A stretch of DNA of 64,000 bases from a virus (taxonomy: Duplodnaviria; Heunggongvirae; Uroviricota; Caudoviricetes), in IMG/VR virus record IMGVR_UViG_3300049044_000033, positions 382,796 to 446,795 of that record; one strand, given 5' to 3'. Within the stretch, counting starts at the first letter, position 1, and each line of letters opens with the position of its first letter. This document shows positions 1-8,932 of this stretch, one piece after another. Under the pieces are notes generated by a model that had not been told where the DNA came from, did not search any database, and saw nothing but the letters and a program-made list of their open reading frames with translations. The position numbers were made by a program, and so were the translations under genes.

Positions 1-168
1 ATTGCTATAAACGCCACAGCTTATATCCAAACTTCTTCGAAATACCGAGATCTTATCCCGCAGGTTGTTTCAGCTAACGCAACTGGCGCTACATTCTACC
101 TGCAGACATCGAGTTCGGATGACCCTAAGGGTTACGGTTTCGACTGGATAGCTTACGGAACAACTTAA
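1..168 (+). CDS. 3' end of a probable tail-fibre/virion protein (partial)
   Basis: Frame 1 is open to TAA at 166-168 and ends ...GYGFDWIAYGTT, resembling the F-x-W-x-A-x-G ending of phage fibre C-terminal domains. Confidence 0.5.
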   Translation: MAINATAYIQTSSKYRDLIPQVVSANATGATFYLQTSSSDDPKGYGFDWIAYGTT

Positions 169-199
169 AAGAAAGCCCCGGATTGCTCCGGGGCTTTTT
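167..199. terminator. Bidirectional intrinsic terminator
   Basis: AAAGCCCCGGA-TTGC-TCCGGGGCTTT hairpin with A and T tracts, between convergent genes. Confidence 0.85.
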
Positions 200-202
200 G
201 TA

Positions 203-1135
203 TTAGAGCTTAAAGGTTGTCTTAAACTCTGTAAGTTCACGCTTACTCATTCGGAAATGATCCAAGAATTCTGCCTCAGTTTCAAACTGGGCTTGAATAT
301 GATCATATGCTTCCGAGAAGCTCAGATCAAATTCATTCGAACGCGTCACTAGAGCCTGAAGAAGCTCAACTTCCATACCCGAGAAGGTCTTGGAATCACG
401 AATGTAATCCTCATAAGCCTCACAAGCAGCAGGGAAGATAGGCTTGATCAGCTTGTAGATTGCACGAGCAAATTCCTGGATTTCCCACTGAGCATGACTA
501 TCTTCACGAAGCTTCAGCATGTGGAAGAGGTTGTGAAGGTTCTGCTTCCAGTAGAGCTCAGTGTAACCAGCTACTGGCATAACAGTGCGAGCTAGTTCAC
601 GAGTCATACCCTCGTATTCGTCAGTGAAGCCGAAATGTTCCTCAAGAGTTCCTTCACCGAGAAGATTCTTGTAGATCGTATAGCTATCTTGGGTTGCTTT
701 ACGAAGCAACTTCTGTGCTGCTAACTGGTCGCTAGCTTCCATAACACCGCCACGACCCTGCTTGTTTAGGGTGCTCTGTGGCTGGATGTTCTCGAGATTT
801 GGTACATACATCTCGTCAGTCAGAACCGAGTAGCGACCCGAATATTCATTCAGACTCGAAGTGCGGTGTCGCACCAGCTGACGCATAACAAAGATGGGAA
901 GCTTGAGATGGAGTTTAACTTCTGCCATTTCAAGTGGGCTGGTATGCTTGTGGCGAACCAGGTAGCGGATAAGACCACGGTCTTCACGAACACTCTTAGT
1001 GCCGTCGCCGTAGGATACTCGAGCCGCGCTGACAATTGCGGCATCATCTCCCATTGTGTCAACTAGACCAACGAAACCGTGATCAAGGACTGGGACATAG
1101 CGGTCGTTGCCAGCAACATCGCTCTGAAGGGTCAT
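203..1135 (-). CDS. thyX: Flavin-dependent thymidylate synthase
   Basis: ThyX motif RHRTSSLNEYSGRY; also AARVSY, HTSPLE, ELAR and HAQWEI. Confidence 0.97.
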   Translation of the reverse strand: MTLQSDVAGNDRYVPVLDHGFVGLVDTMGDDAAIVSAARVSYGDGTKSVREDRGLIRYLVRHKHTSPLEMAEVKLHLKLPIFVMRQLVRHRTSSLNEYSGRYSVLTDEMYVPNLENIQPQSTLNKQGRGGVMEASDQLAAQKLLRKATQDSYTIYKNLLGEGTLEEHFGFTDEYEGMTRELARTVMPVAGYTELYWKQNLHNLFHMLKLREDSHAQWEIQEFARAIYKLIKPIFPAACEAYEDYIRDSKTFSGMEVELLQALVTRSNEFDLSFSEAYDHIQAQFETEAEFLDHFRMSKRELTEFKTTFKL

Positions 1136-1195
1136 TCTACACTCCTATTATGTTATTCAGGATTGAGTGTTTGTTTCTCAATCCTGAATATACAC

Positions 1196-1477
1196 TCAGA
1201 GCGCAATATCCTTCAATATGATTTCGGCGAAATGTCGGATTGTTTCCTTCACTTCGGCGAGATTTAGGATAAGACCAATCTCGTCAATACCTTGATCTTC
1301 TAGGCTCTCATCATCCATCATGATCTCATTGAGTTCTTCACGAGAAATGATGTAAGTCTCACCCTCAAGGTCAGTAACACAAGCCCCAGAAACAAATTCC
1401 TCAGGCACGTGATCAGGTTCAATTTCAGCTAGGATCTTATCCAGGTCCTCAAACTCCGGTGTCGCCATTGTCGTCAC
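1196..1477 (-). CDS. Hypothetical acidic protein
   Basis: Tightly packed ORF in the operon. Confidence 0.7.
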   Translation of the reverse strand: MTTMATPEFEDLDKILAEIEPDHVPEEFVSGACVTDLEGETYIISREELNEIMMDDESLEDQGIDEIGLILNLAEVKETIRHFAEIILKDIAL

Positions 1478-1913
1478 TCCTAACGAGTTTGACCGCTACT
1501 TGGTAGCGCTCATACATTGTGCGAACAGCTTCATTTTCTTGAATGAGCTTTCGTTCACTAATGTATTTAATCAATTCCTCGCGAGTGACACTTTCTTGGC
1601 TACCGTTATCCATGTGAACCTCAATCTTCACATCATACTTTCCTACACTCGGATTGATGTGGAGAGAAGGATATTCGGTTAGAATCTTCCAATTGATGTT
1701 TTTGATATTACTGATGGAAGTGTTGATTGTACTGGGAACATTGTTGTAGGTGATAGATTGCTTAGGCACCATAGCAACCTGCATCTTCTCATACATCTTA
1801 TCAAGTGCCTGAGTTGAGAAGTAATCATCAGAATACAAGCTAGAGTTGTAGATTGGAAGAGTATTGTCTTCCTTTTCATCCTTGTCTGGATCAACTTTAG
1901 GATACTGGGTCAT
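1449..1913 (-). CDS. Hypothetical protein, tandem family A
   Basis: GGAGG RBS before ATG at 1913; C-terminal IQENEAVRTMYERYQVAVKL motif. Confidence 0.7.
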   Translation of the reverse strand: MTQYPKVDPDKDEKEDNTLPIYNSSLYSDDYFSTQALDKMYEKMQVAMVPKQSITYNNVPSTINTSISNIKNINWKILTEYPSLHINPSVGKYDVKIEVHMDNGSQESVTREELIKYISERKLIQENEAVRTMYERYQVAVKLVRSDDNGDTGV

Positions 1914-2247
1914 TTTTATCACCTCCGACTAAACGGATAGTCATAACAAGCTTATCCCACTGTGATGATAGGGTCTCGTTACTTTGAATCAAGTCGAGCA
2001 TCTTCTTGATCTTCTGATATTCAAGCAGCTGGGTGTCGAGGTTGTCTAGGACTTTATCCAAATCAGGTTCAACATCTATGATACTAGTAAGGTTGTGAAG
2101 GCGATGATGAATCCTAGCCCATTTAAGTTCTTTATTCGTTACTGTGTTTTCCCGCTGACGAAGCTGCTCATAGGCTTGCTCATACTCTTCACGAGCAATT
2201 TTATCAGCTTGTTCCTGGATTGCCCAGATGTCAATGTCATTACTCAT
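1897..2247 (-). CDS. Hypothetical protein, tandem family A
   Basis: C-terminal IQSNETLSSQWDKLVMTIRLVG. Confidence 0.75.
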   Translation of the reverse strand: MSNDIDIWAIQEQADKIAREEYEQAYEQLRQRENTVTNKELKWARIHHRLHNLTSIIDVEPDLDKVLDNLDTQLLEYQKIKKMLDLIQSNETLSSQWDKLVMTIRLVGGDKNDPVS

Positions 2248-2708
2248 TCAGTCATCCTCATCATAACAAGAAGTTTATCCCACTGGGCTTTGACCATTGG
2301 ATTTGTCTCGAAGGCATCAAGTAGAATCTGAAAGTCAGTGGCCTTAGTTATAACTTGTAAAAAGGCATGGACAAACTCGGTCATATCCTCAGGTAGATGC
2401 ATGTGATGACCTATACCATCTATTCGAAATGTCTCATGGCCAAATAAAAGCTGGTAGCAGTATCTGTCCTTAGTCTCATCTCTCCACTGGGCAGGTTGAT
2501 TAGACATCTTTGCCCATTCGTCTCGAATGCGACTTACAGCTTTGTTCCAGGAACTAACCGCATGAGATATTTGTGCTTTGCCTTCATCAATTTCAGCCAA
2601 CCTTTCTTGAATGTCTGAAATAGCCGCTTGATAGCCTTCATGACGAGCTTGAGCTTTCATCACTTCTAGCTCTTCGCTCATGGATTTCCAATCATTTGGA
2701 TTTGTCAT
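2244..2708 (-). CDS. Hypothetical protein, tandem family A
   Basis: C-terminal FETNPMVKAQWDKLLVMMRM; ATGA overlap. Confidence 0.75.
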   Translation of the reverse strand: MTNPNDWKSMSEELEVMKAQARHEGYQAAISDIQERLAEIDEGKAQISHAVSSWNKAVSRIRDEWAKMSNQPAQWRDETKDRYCYQLLFGHETFRIDGIGHHMHLPEDMTEFVHAFLQVITKATDFQILLDAFETNPMVKAQWDKLLVMMRMTE

Positions 2709-2949
2709 AACCTGCTAACCTCAAAGCCATCATAAATTTGTCCCAAGTTCCCCTCACGACGTCATTCTCATTGATGGCTTTTATGATAATATTAAAGTGC
2801 TCTGCTTTGACTTCGCAATCGGCTAGCTTTTTATTCAAGCGAGCAATCTCTTTGCGATACTCATAACAGTTGGTATTCAGCTGGCTGACGAGTTCCTGGC
2901 TTCTCTGTAATTTACTCTCTACGGAGCGCCAGTTGAAATCATCAGACAT
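2692..2949 (-). CDS. Hypothetical protein, tandem family A
   Basis: C-terminal INENDVVRGTWDKFMMALRLAG. Confidence 0.75.
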   Translation of the reverse strand: MSDDFNWRSVESKLQRSQELVSQLNTNCYEYRKEIARLNKKLADCEVKAEHFNIIIKAINENDVVRGTWDKFMMALRLAGYDKSK

Positions 2950-3385
2950 TTTGAGAACCAGATAGTTTCCTCATCAGTTGGAGATCATCAAACATCTTCT
3001 TTATCTGAGGATTGTTTTCAATGTCCTGTGAGAGATAGAACCACTTCAAGGCATGATGAGCCATCCTCTGGTGAGCGACCCTGAACTTACGCTTGATGTG
3101 ACGAAGGTTCTCTGCCAGCTCTTGAGGTGTCTCAATATCAAGTTCTTCCTGATATCGGAAGTGGTAGCTGTGAAGCTCGCCATTGAATAGATCCTCTGGA
3201 TCTAGCTTTTCTTCACGTTCTCCATAATAGTCAGATGCCTCAACAGCACAATCATCATCGCCGTAGTCGTAGGCGTCAAAAATGTGAGCGGCCATTTCGG
3301 GACCAAAGGGGTCGCTTACTTTTGGAATGACACTGCCATTTGAATAAGCAGGCGTAACGGCGTATGCTTTGCGGTATTTGCTCAT
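2942..3385 (-). CDS. Hypothetical protein, tandem family A
   Basis: C-terminal IENNPQIKKMFDDLQLMRKLSG. Confidence 0.75.
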   Translation of the reverse strand: MSKYRKAYAVTPAYSNGSVIPKVSDPFGPEMAAHIFDAYDYGDDDCAVEASDYYGEREEKLDPEDLFNGELHSYHFRYQEELDIETPQELAENLRHIKRKFRVAHQRMAHHALKWFYLSQDIENNPQIKKMFDDLQLMRKLSGSQNV

Positions 3386-3388
3386 AAG

Positions 3389-3420
3389 AAAATCCTGGAA
3401 AATTGCTTTTCCAGGATTTT
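3389..3420. promoter_or_regulatory. 14-bp hairpin just upstream of the start codon at 3385
   Basis: AAAATCCTGGAAAA-TTGC-TTTTCCAGGATTTT. Confidence 0.55.
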
Positions 3421-3443
3421 ACACAATTAGGTGAAAAAACTCA

Positions 3444-3704
3444 CTAAAGAAGTTCACCTCTTTGTTTCATAGCAGGAAGATTTTCTAGAGCTGCTAAGAT
3501 GACAGCCGCAGCTTTAACAAAGTTATCCTCAAACTCTGACGCTTCTGGATTGATACCATTGCGACGAACTTCAGAACTCACATAGTGGCTGATAATAGCC
3601 ACCCAGTCACCTGGGGTATTCTTAGCATCCCATTCGCTTCCGGGGAGGTCAGCTTGACGCTGACGCTCCGCACGGATTCGTTCCAAGAGAGTATCTAGGT
3701 TCAC
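3444..3704 (-). CDS. Small helical protein, possibly MazG-like
   Basis: AERQRQ...W...VKAAAVILAALE pattern; ends in TAG followed directly by TGA. Confidence 0.55.
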   Translation of the reverse strand: MNLDTLLERIRAERQRQADLPGSEWDAKNTPGDWVAIISHYVSSEVRRNGINPEASEFEDNFVKAAAVILAALENLPAMKQRGELL

Positions 3705-4693
3705 TTCTTAGCCTTTGGCGGACGACCGCGCCTCTTAGGAGCCTGTGGAGTAGCTACCAAGGCATCCTTGTTTCCAGCCGGCTGACCATCCTTACGAGGA
3801 CGACCTACTGGATTCTTAGGCTGCATTGCGGCCCACTTTTCCTTGTCTTCCTTGTCTTCACGCAGAGCAGCGCGATCCAGGAATTCCTGAATAGCTGAAT
3901 CAGAGGTATCTACCTGATTGCCTTCTACGTCGCCTTCTTCGATGACAGGAACAAAGCTTGCCTGCGCCGCAGCTAGAGCCGCCTTAACATCATCGGGGAG
4001 AGTAGGATCAATAGCTTCTACGACGACCTCTGGCTGCGAGTTCTCAGCTACGTTAAGCTGGACAGCCTCAGTTACTTCTACCTGTTCTACAGGAGCCACA
4101 GGGGCTTCTAGGGCAGTAACCGATGCCTCGATTACTTCAGGACTATCCGTCACCTGTGGACGTAGTTCAGGAACCATGCGATAAGCCTGCTCGCGCTTAC
4201 GCGAAGCTTCAGCTTCCAAATCTTCAGCCTGGCGGATGATGTTCTGGGCAATGTCTACCTGTGCCTGAACCGTTTCGGATTTCTGATTCTCAAGAATCCT
4301 GTTCTCAAGCTGAACTTCTGCTTCCTTAGGTGCTTCTTCGCCGTTCATGAAATCTACGATCGTGCGTAGAGGACATGGTGCGTTAGGAGCAGGATACATG
4401 ACGATTTCGTCAATCCCTACAGCACGAAGCAAGCCATAGGTGTGAAGTGCGTTCATAACATCTAGGCCTAGATCAGGCAAGATGCGGCGCGACAGAAGGG
4501 TATGTAGGTGTGGAGTCTGCTGGCCTTCAGTTGAATCAACAATATCCATGAGAGCGTCATGGAAACGATCCGGCAGAGCATCAGTATCTACGATCAGGGC
4601 GTTCTGTTCGTTACCAGGAATCTGCATGTAAACTACCACGCAGCGGCGGTCAGTATTCTTGATACGACCTACGTGCTTTTTGAATGTGCTCAT
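3701..4693 (-). CDS. Hypothetical protein with coiled coil and AT-hook-like C-terminus
   Basis: Long ORF with PVGRPRK and KRRGRPPK motifs. Confidence 0.75.
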   Translation of the reverse strand: MSTFKKHVGRIKNTDRRCVVVYMQIPGNEQNALIVDTDALPDRFHDALMDIVDSTEGQQTPHLHTLLSRRILPDLGLDVMNALHTYGLLRAVGIDEIVMYPAPNAPCPLRTIVDFMNGEEAPKEAEVQLENRILENQKSETVQAQVDIAQNIIRQAEDLEAEASRKREQAYRMVPELRPQVTDSPEVIEASVTALEAPVAPVEQVEVTEAVQLNVAENSQPEVVVEAIDPTLPDDVKAALAAAQASFVPVIEEGDVEGNQVDTSDSAIQEFLDRAALREDKEDKEKWAAMQPKNPVGRPRKDGQPAGNKDALVATPQAPKRRGRPPKAKK

Positions 4694-4707
4694 TTTTTGA
4701 GTTCTCC

Positions 4708-4992
4708 TTATTGGACGATCGAGAAGGTTCTAGTTCCTACTGGCTTCAGCTGGTCTTCCCTAACTAATGCCAAGCCTTGACCTTCCTTTACATCAATCTT
4801 TGCTCTCTCCATTGGAACCACTAAATGGTTCTTAGAGAAAACCTCCTGGTTACCTATCACGATATACCAGGGTGTTGCAGAATTGCCGCCATTCTTGCGA
4901 ACTATTTCAACAAAACTGGAACGGTTATTGCCATGCTCGTCAGTGTAGACAAGCATGGCAGAAGTGCCCGGCAGATAATTGATATCTGCCAC
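4708..4992 (-). CDS. Hypothetical protein
   Basis: Packed ORF. Confidence 0.6.
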   Translation of the reverse strand: MADINYLPGTSAMLVYTDEHGNNRSSFVEIVRKNGGNSATPWYIVIGNQEVFSKNHLVVPMERAKIDVKEGQGLALVREDQLKPVGTRTFSIVQ

Positions 4993-4997
4993 TGCTA

Positions 4998-5207
4998 TTA
5001 ACCTTCAGCTTTTTCTTCAGCAGCTGGCTCTTCCTTGGGAAGAACCGACTCGAGGAAGGTAGCAATCTTGTCGCGAACTGATCCCACGCTCGAGAGTTCG
5101 CCGCCCTTGAACGCACCGCGTTCGGCAGCAAAATCGATAATGCGAAGGGCATTCTGCAGGTCAACCAGAGTAATCTGTGGGGCTTCCTGCGGGGTCTCTT
5201 CAGCCAT
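4998..5207 (-). CDS. Small hypothetical protein
   Basis: AGGAG RBS; upstream TAAATA. Confidence 0.75.
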   Translation of the reverse strand: MAEETPQEAPQITLVDLQNALRIIDFAAERGAFKGGELSSVGSVRDKIATFLESVLPKEEPAAEEKAEG

Positions 5208-5322
5208 GAGTTATTCTCCTTAATGCGGCTTATTCGATCTCTGGAGAATACTAGAAGATAGCCAAATATTCAATATTCTGGCGGCACCCAACCATATTTA
5301 GTCGAGAGCCGCCAGTCTATTT

Positions 5323-5898
5323 TTACAGGCTGATCTTACGACGCTTCTTGGGCTTCACAGTCACAAGGTCAGGGTTCCAACCAGTGAACTGTGCCCAGGA
5401 TTCGTGCGGAACATCAATGGGCAAGTTCTGCGCCTTGGCCACTAGCTGGTAGTAGTCAGGACGCTTCGGAGCACCACAGTTGGGCTTCATGCTCATGAAG
5501 TGTGCCTTTTCGAGGTTACACTTGCTACATGCCGCCACAACGTTTTCCCAACGAGTCTTACCACCGTGGAAGCGAGGAACAACGTGGTCAAGCGTCAGCA
5601 GGTTCTTGTCATGCTTTGCATCCAGACCACAGTATTGACACTTGTAATCGTCACGAAGCAGAACGTTAGAGCGGCTGAACTTAACTCCACGGTTGACCTT
5701 CACATACTCACGCAGGAGAAGAACAGCTGGCACTTCGATGGTTGTCGAAGGGCTGTGAACGTCCCAATCCTCATAGGTCGCCAGAACTTCGGCGTTCTCG
5801 AGGAACATGAGCTTTATGGACTGTTGCCACGGAAGTGTGCTCAGGGGCACTACGCTCAGTGGCAAACCGTCCGCATTCAGAATTAGAGTGTCAGACAT
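5323..5898 (-). CDS. HNH endonuclease (McrA-like)
   Basis: RDDYKCQYCG...TLDHVVPRFHGG...WENVVAACSKCNLEK. Confidence 0.92.
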   Translation of the reverse strand: MSDTLILNADGLPLSVVPLSTLPWQQSIKLMFLENAEVLATYEDWDVHSPSTTIEVPAVLLLREYVKVNRGVKFSRSNVLLRDDYKCQYCGLDAKHDKNLLTLDHVVPRFHGGKTRWENVVAACSKCNLEKAHFMSMKPNCGAPKRPDYYQLVAKAQNLPIDVPHESWAQFTGWNPDLVTVKPKKRRKISL

Positions 5899-6004
5899 GA
5901 TTCACCAGATTTCTACGTTTGTTTGTACCCCTACAGTTCTACTTATACAGGACGACAACACAGAGTCAACCTATGAGTGGAGTAAGCGTCACTTTCCTCA
6001 TAAC

Positions 6005-7276
6005 TTAATGATACTTAAAGTTTTTAATGGAGAGCTTATCACCCTCAAATAAGATATCTGCCGAGGTCAAACGACCACCTTTGCCCGAACCAGTATCCAT
6101 GAAATAGGCTTCGCCACCCATGGCTCCTTGGACAACTAGTGGCTTGAAGGTATTCCTTATGTCGTGACCTACCATGACGCGTTTTCCCTGAGGAATCCTA
6201 TCTACCCATTCGTAGATGCGTGTAGGGTATCCATCAGCTCTCGGAGGAGCATTATTATCCACTTCTCCGAATAGCGCCATCGTCTCAAAACGACCATGTA
6301 GACGTGGGCTATTGATACTGAACATTTCAGGTTCAGCAGCGCCATGAGTGAAGAGTGTTTCTCCAATAATCCAGTGATGCCGAGAGAAACCCATCAGGGA
6401 CTTGAACTTGACTTCAAACTTCCTACGTGCATCCAGGCTCAATGACTCGATAGCATTGGTAGTAACCTTGTTACCATCTGACAGCCTAACCCTAACATCA
6501 TTAAAACGGACCTGTTCTAACCAGCGTTCAATCTTACGTTCATGGTTACCTATTAGACAGATACCACGACCGCGAGTAACAATATTGTAGACGTGATCAA
6601 CACAATCGAGGCTATTGGGCCCGTAATCCACAACATCACCCAGGAATACACAGAACAGATTCCTCTGAGTTGCCCACTCGGTAGCGTTCTTGAGAGGTTC
6701 AACCATTCCATGAACGTCTCCTACTACCATCACGCCTCGATAACCTTTTGCCTCAATGGCTTCTTTCAGCTGGAAGTTGGTCAGCTTTTCAACAACGTCG
6801 AAGTCTTCCTGTCTTGTGTCAATCACGTTAGCAACGTGGTCACCGCGTATAATATCTCTCTCGTTGGCGCGGAAGATCTGATCATGCTTTGTAATAGCAC
6901 CAGTGGCTCCTGCCCTCCAGCTTGTCTTACTCGATTGGAGTTTATTATCTAACTCTTGATTACAGACCACGTAGAAGATAGGCACTCCTACCCTTAAAGC
7001 AATATCAGCTAGGCCGAGACGATCTTTCTTTCGCAAGTTAGTAGCATCTACGACTACCCTCTCACCTAACTCAAGCTTCATTTGAGTTCTTCGGTGTATT
7101 TCCTTGAACACAATATCGTTGATATCAAGGCGCTGATAGTCTCCCAAGATCTCGAATCGAATTTCTTCACTCCCTAGGATCTCGTAGGAAGAAAACTTCT
7201 GATTTGCCCAGTAGGTTTTACCGCCATTGGCAGGACCGACCATGATAACCAGACTGTGGAGTGGAATTTTTTTCAT
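6005..7276 (-). CDS. Polynucleotide kinase-phosphatase (Pnkp-like; P-loop kinase plus calcineurin-like phosphoesterase)
   Basis: GPANGGKT, VVDATNL, GDVHG, GDVVDYG, GNHE, GH and DTG motifs; no ligase domain. Confidence 0.9.
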   Translation of the reverse strand: MKKIPLHSLVIMVGPANGGKTYWANQKFSSYEILGSEEIRFEILGDYQRLDINDIVFKEIHRRTQMKLELGERVVVDATNLRKKDRLGLADIALRVGVPIFYVVCNQELDNKLQSSKTSWRAGATGAITKHDQIFRANERDIIRGDHVANVIDTRQEDFDVVEKLTNFQLKEAIEAKGYRGVMVVGDVHGMVEPLKNATEWATQRNLFCVFLGDVVDYGPNSLDCVDHVYNIVTRGRGICLIGNHERKIERWLEQVRFNDVRVRLSDGNKVTTNAIESLSLDARRKFEVKFKSLMGFSRHHWIIGETLFTHGAAEPEMFSINSPRLHGRFETMALFGEVDNNAPPRADGYPTRIYEWVDRIPQGKRVMVGHDIRNTFKPLVVQGAMGGEAYFMDTGSGKGGRLTSADILFEGDKLSIKNFKYH

Positions 7277-7347
7277 ATTTCAGCTTACTTGGTATTTGAC
7301 TTCGCTGTCAATTTTGCTACATAATAGAACTATAGGTGAGGGTCCGT

Positions 7348-7797
7348 ATGCGTCGAGCAATTTTAATGACGGGTATTGCTGCTGGAACAGCAATCCTATT
7401 TACTGTCGGTCTATTTGCTTCCCCTAATAAGGAAGAAAAGATCAAAACGCATATGGACAAGGTTCGCGCCATTGCTCTGTGCCAAAAAGGGTATGAGATT
7501 GCAAGCTCGTTCCCTTCTTATGCAAGCCGAAATGTTAAGGACGACTCAGTTCGAACCGAATTGATTGATCAAGCTGATACACTTGAGGCAAAGAGTAAGG
7601 CGCTTGAGGAACTTTTAACCGTAGAGTTTAAGGAAGAAGCCAAAAAGCTTGGCTTGGACGATACAACTTATGACGCCCGTCTTGCGTCTATCATTTCCGA
7701 AGCAGAATTCCAGGCCGTTATGGCTTTCCAGCAGACTGAGGAACCCCTAGAAGTTCTCAGCCAGCTGGATGAAGTCTGCCAATCCATTACCGAATAA
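7348..7797 (+). CDS. Exported/membrane-anchored hypothetical protein
   Basis: N-terminal hydrophobic segment; divergent TTGACT promoter upstream. Confidence 0.7.
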   Translation: MRRAILMTGIAAGTAILFTVGLFASPNKEEKIKTHMDKVRAIALCQKGYEIASSFPSYASRNVKDDSVRTELIDQADTLEAKSKALEELLTVEFKEEAKKLGLDDTTYDARLASIISEAEFQAVMAFQQTEEPLEVLSQLDEVCQSITE

Positions 7798-8365
7798 CCG
7801 CGTTACCCTCAGCATCGATGACCAGGGTGCCACGCTTTACCCTAAGCGAACCCTTGGTCTTTGGGTTATCGGGCGTCTCGCGAGTAGTGAATCCTGCCAA
7901 ACATTCCATGTGATGGACATAGTAGGTTTTACCCTTAGCCTTCACAACCCACATAGGGATGAATTCGTGTTCCATTGACTTCTTGTTGAAGTGGAAGTCG
8001 ATGTTCTTGGATTCAACTTCCAGGGGATATTCTTTGAACTGTTCCTTGATGCCCTTCTTCATATTCTTGATGTTCTGCCAATGGATCTTGGCTTCCTCGA
8101 GGACGGTCAGAAGCTTGCGAGCAGTTACCTTCTTGTAGGGATGCTCCCTCTGTTGACGCCTGAGTTCCTGAGCAATCTCAGCATAACCCTCATAAGGACC
8201 ATCTTCGTCCTGATGCTCTTCGAGTTCCTTGGATAGACTCTTGATCTTGGCTCGGCTTTGACGAATGTCCAGGCTGGCGTAAGCATAGAGCTTACGCCAT
8301 TCTGAACGCCACGCTATATAGCCCTCGTAGTCTTTGAACTGCGGCTTCATACCATGAACGCTCAT
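7787..8365 (-). CDS. Hypothetical protein (paralog of next gene plus C-terminal domain)
   Basis: AAGGAGG RBS before ATG at 8365; YIAWRSEWRKLY motif. Confidence 0.75.
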   Translation of the reverse strand: MSVHGMKPQFKDYEGYIAWRSEWRKLYAYASLDIRQSRAKIKSLSKELEEHQDEDGPYEGYAEIAQELRRQQREHPYKKVTARKLLTVLEEAKIHWQNIKNMKKGIKEQFKEYPLEVESKNIDFHFNKKSMEHEFIPMWVVKAKGKTYYVHHMECLAGFTTRETPDNPKTKGSLRVKRGTLVIDAEGNAVIR

Positions 8366-8375
8366 CTGGACCTCC

Positions 8376-8627
8376 TTACGCTTCGACGGTTGCGTTGAGC
8401 TGTTCATTCTTGAACAACTTCGCAGCTTCGAGTTGGGTCATCATGGCCGCAGCCTTGTTGCGCTTGCGCTGGAGAACGTCCTGCTGGGTTCCCTTACCGG
8501 AACGCTGCTCATCCTTGACCACAATCTTGAGGTCTCGGATTTCCTGCGAGAGAGCCTTATACTGAGTGCGCCATTCTGCACGGTAGGCCAGGTAGGTTTC
8601 ACGCGAGTTGAAGTTAAAAGTAGTCAT
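8376..8627 (-). CDS. Hypothetical coiled-coil protein
   Basis: YLAYRAEWRTQY motif. Confidence 0.75.
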   Translation of the reverse strand: MTTFNFNSRETYLAYRAEWRTQYKALSQEIRDLKIVVKDEQRSGKGTQQDVLQRKRNKAAAMMTQLEAAKLFKNEQLNATVEA

Positions 8628-8929
8628 TAGATTGATCCTCCAAAAGTCAGTTTGAAAAGTAGTGCGGTGTCATGGTTCTCAAAATACCATTTGTCACCAC
8701 CGCCATTGTGCCAAAAGCTTCCATGTTGTTCATCGCACCACGGCATCATTTCGGGAGTTTTACCCTTAACCGTTACTGTGGTGCATTCTGGCCAAGCTTC
8801 ACGAAGTCGTTTGCTCCAGTGTTTGTCTCGGGTTGAGTTGCCTACTGGCGGGCAAAATTTCATACCGCATTCTCTCCAAGCCTTGATATAGGCCTGAGTA
8901 GCGATACCTTGTGCTTCATTGAAGTCCAT
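8627..8929 (-). CDS. Hypothetical protein, LFKLxW family
   Basis: C-terminal YFENHDTALLFKLTFG. Confidence 0.75.
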   Translation of the reverse strand: MDFNEAQGIATQAYIKAWRECGMKFCPPVGNSTRDKHWSKRLREAWPECTTVTVKGKTPEMMPWCDEQHGSFWHNGGGDKWYFENHDTALLFKLTFGGSI

Positions 8930-8932
8930 CGG

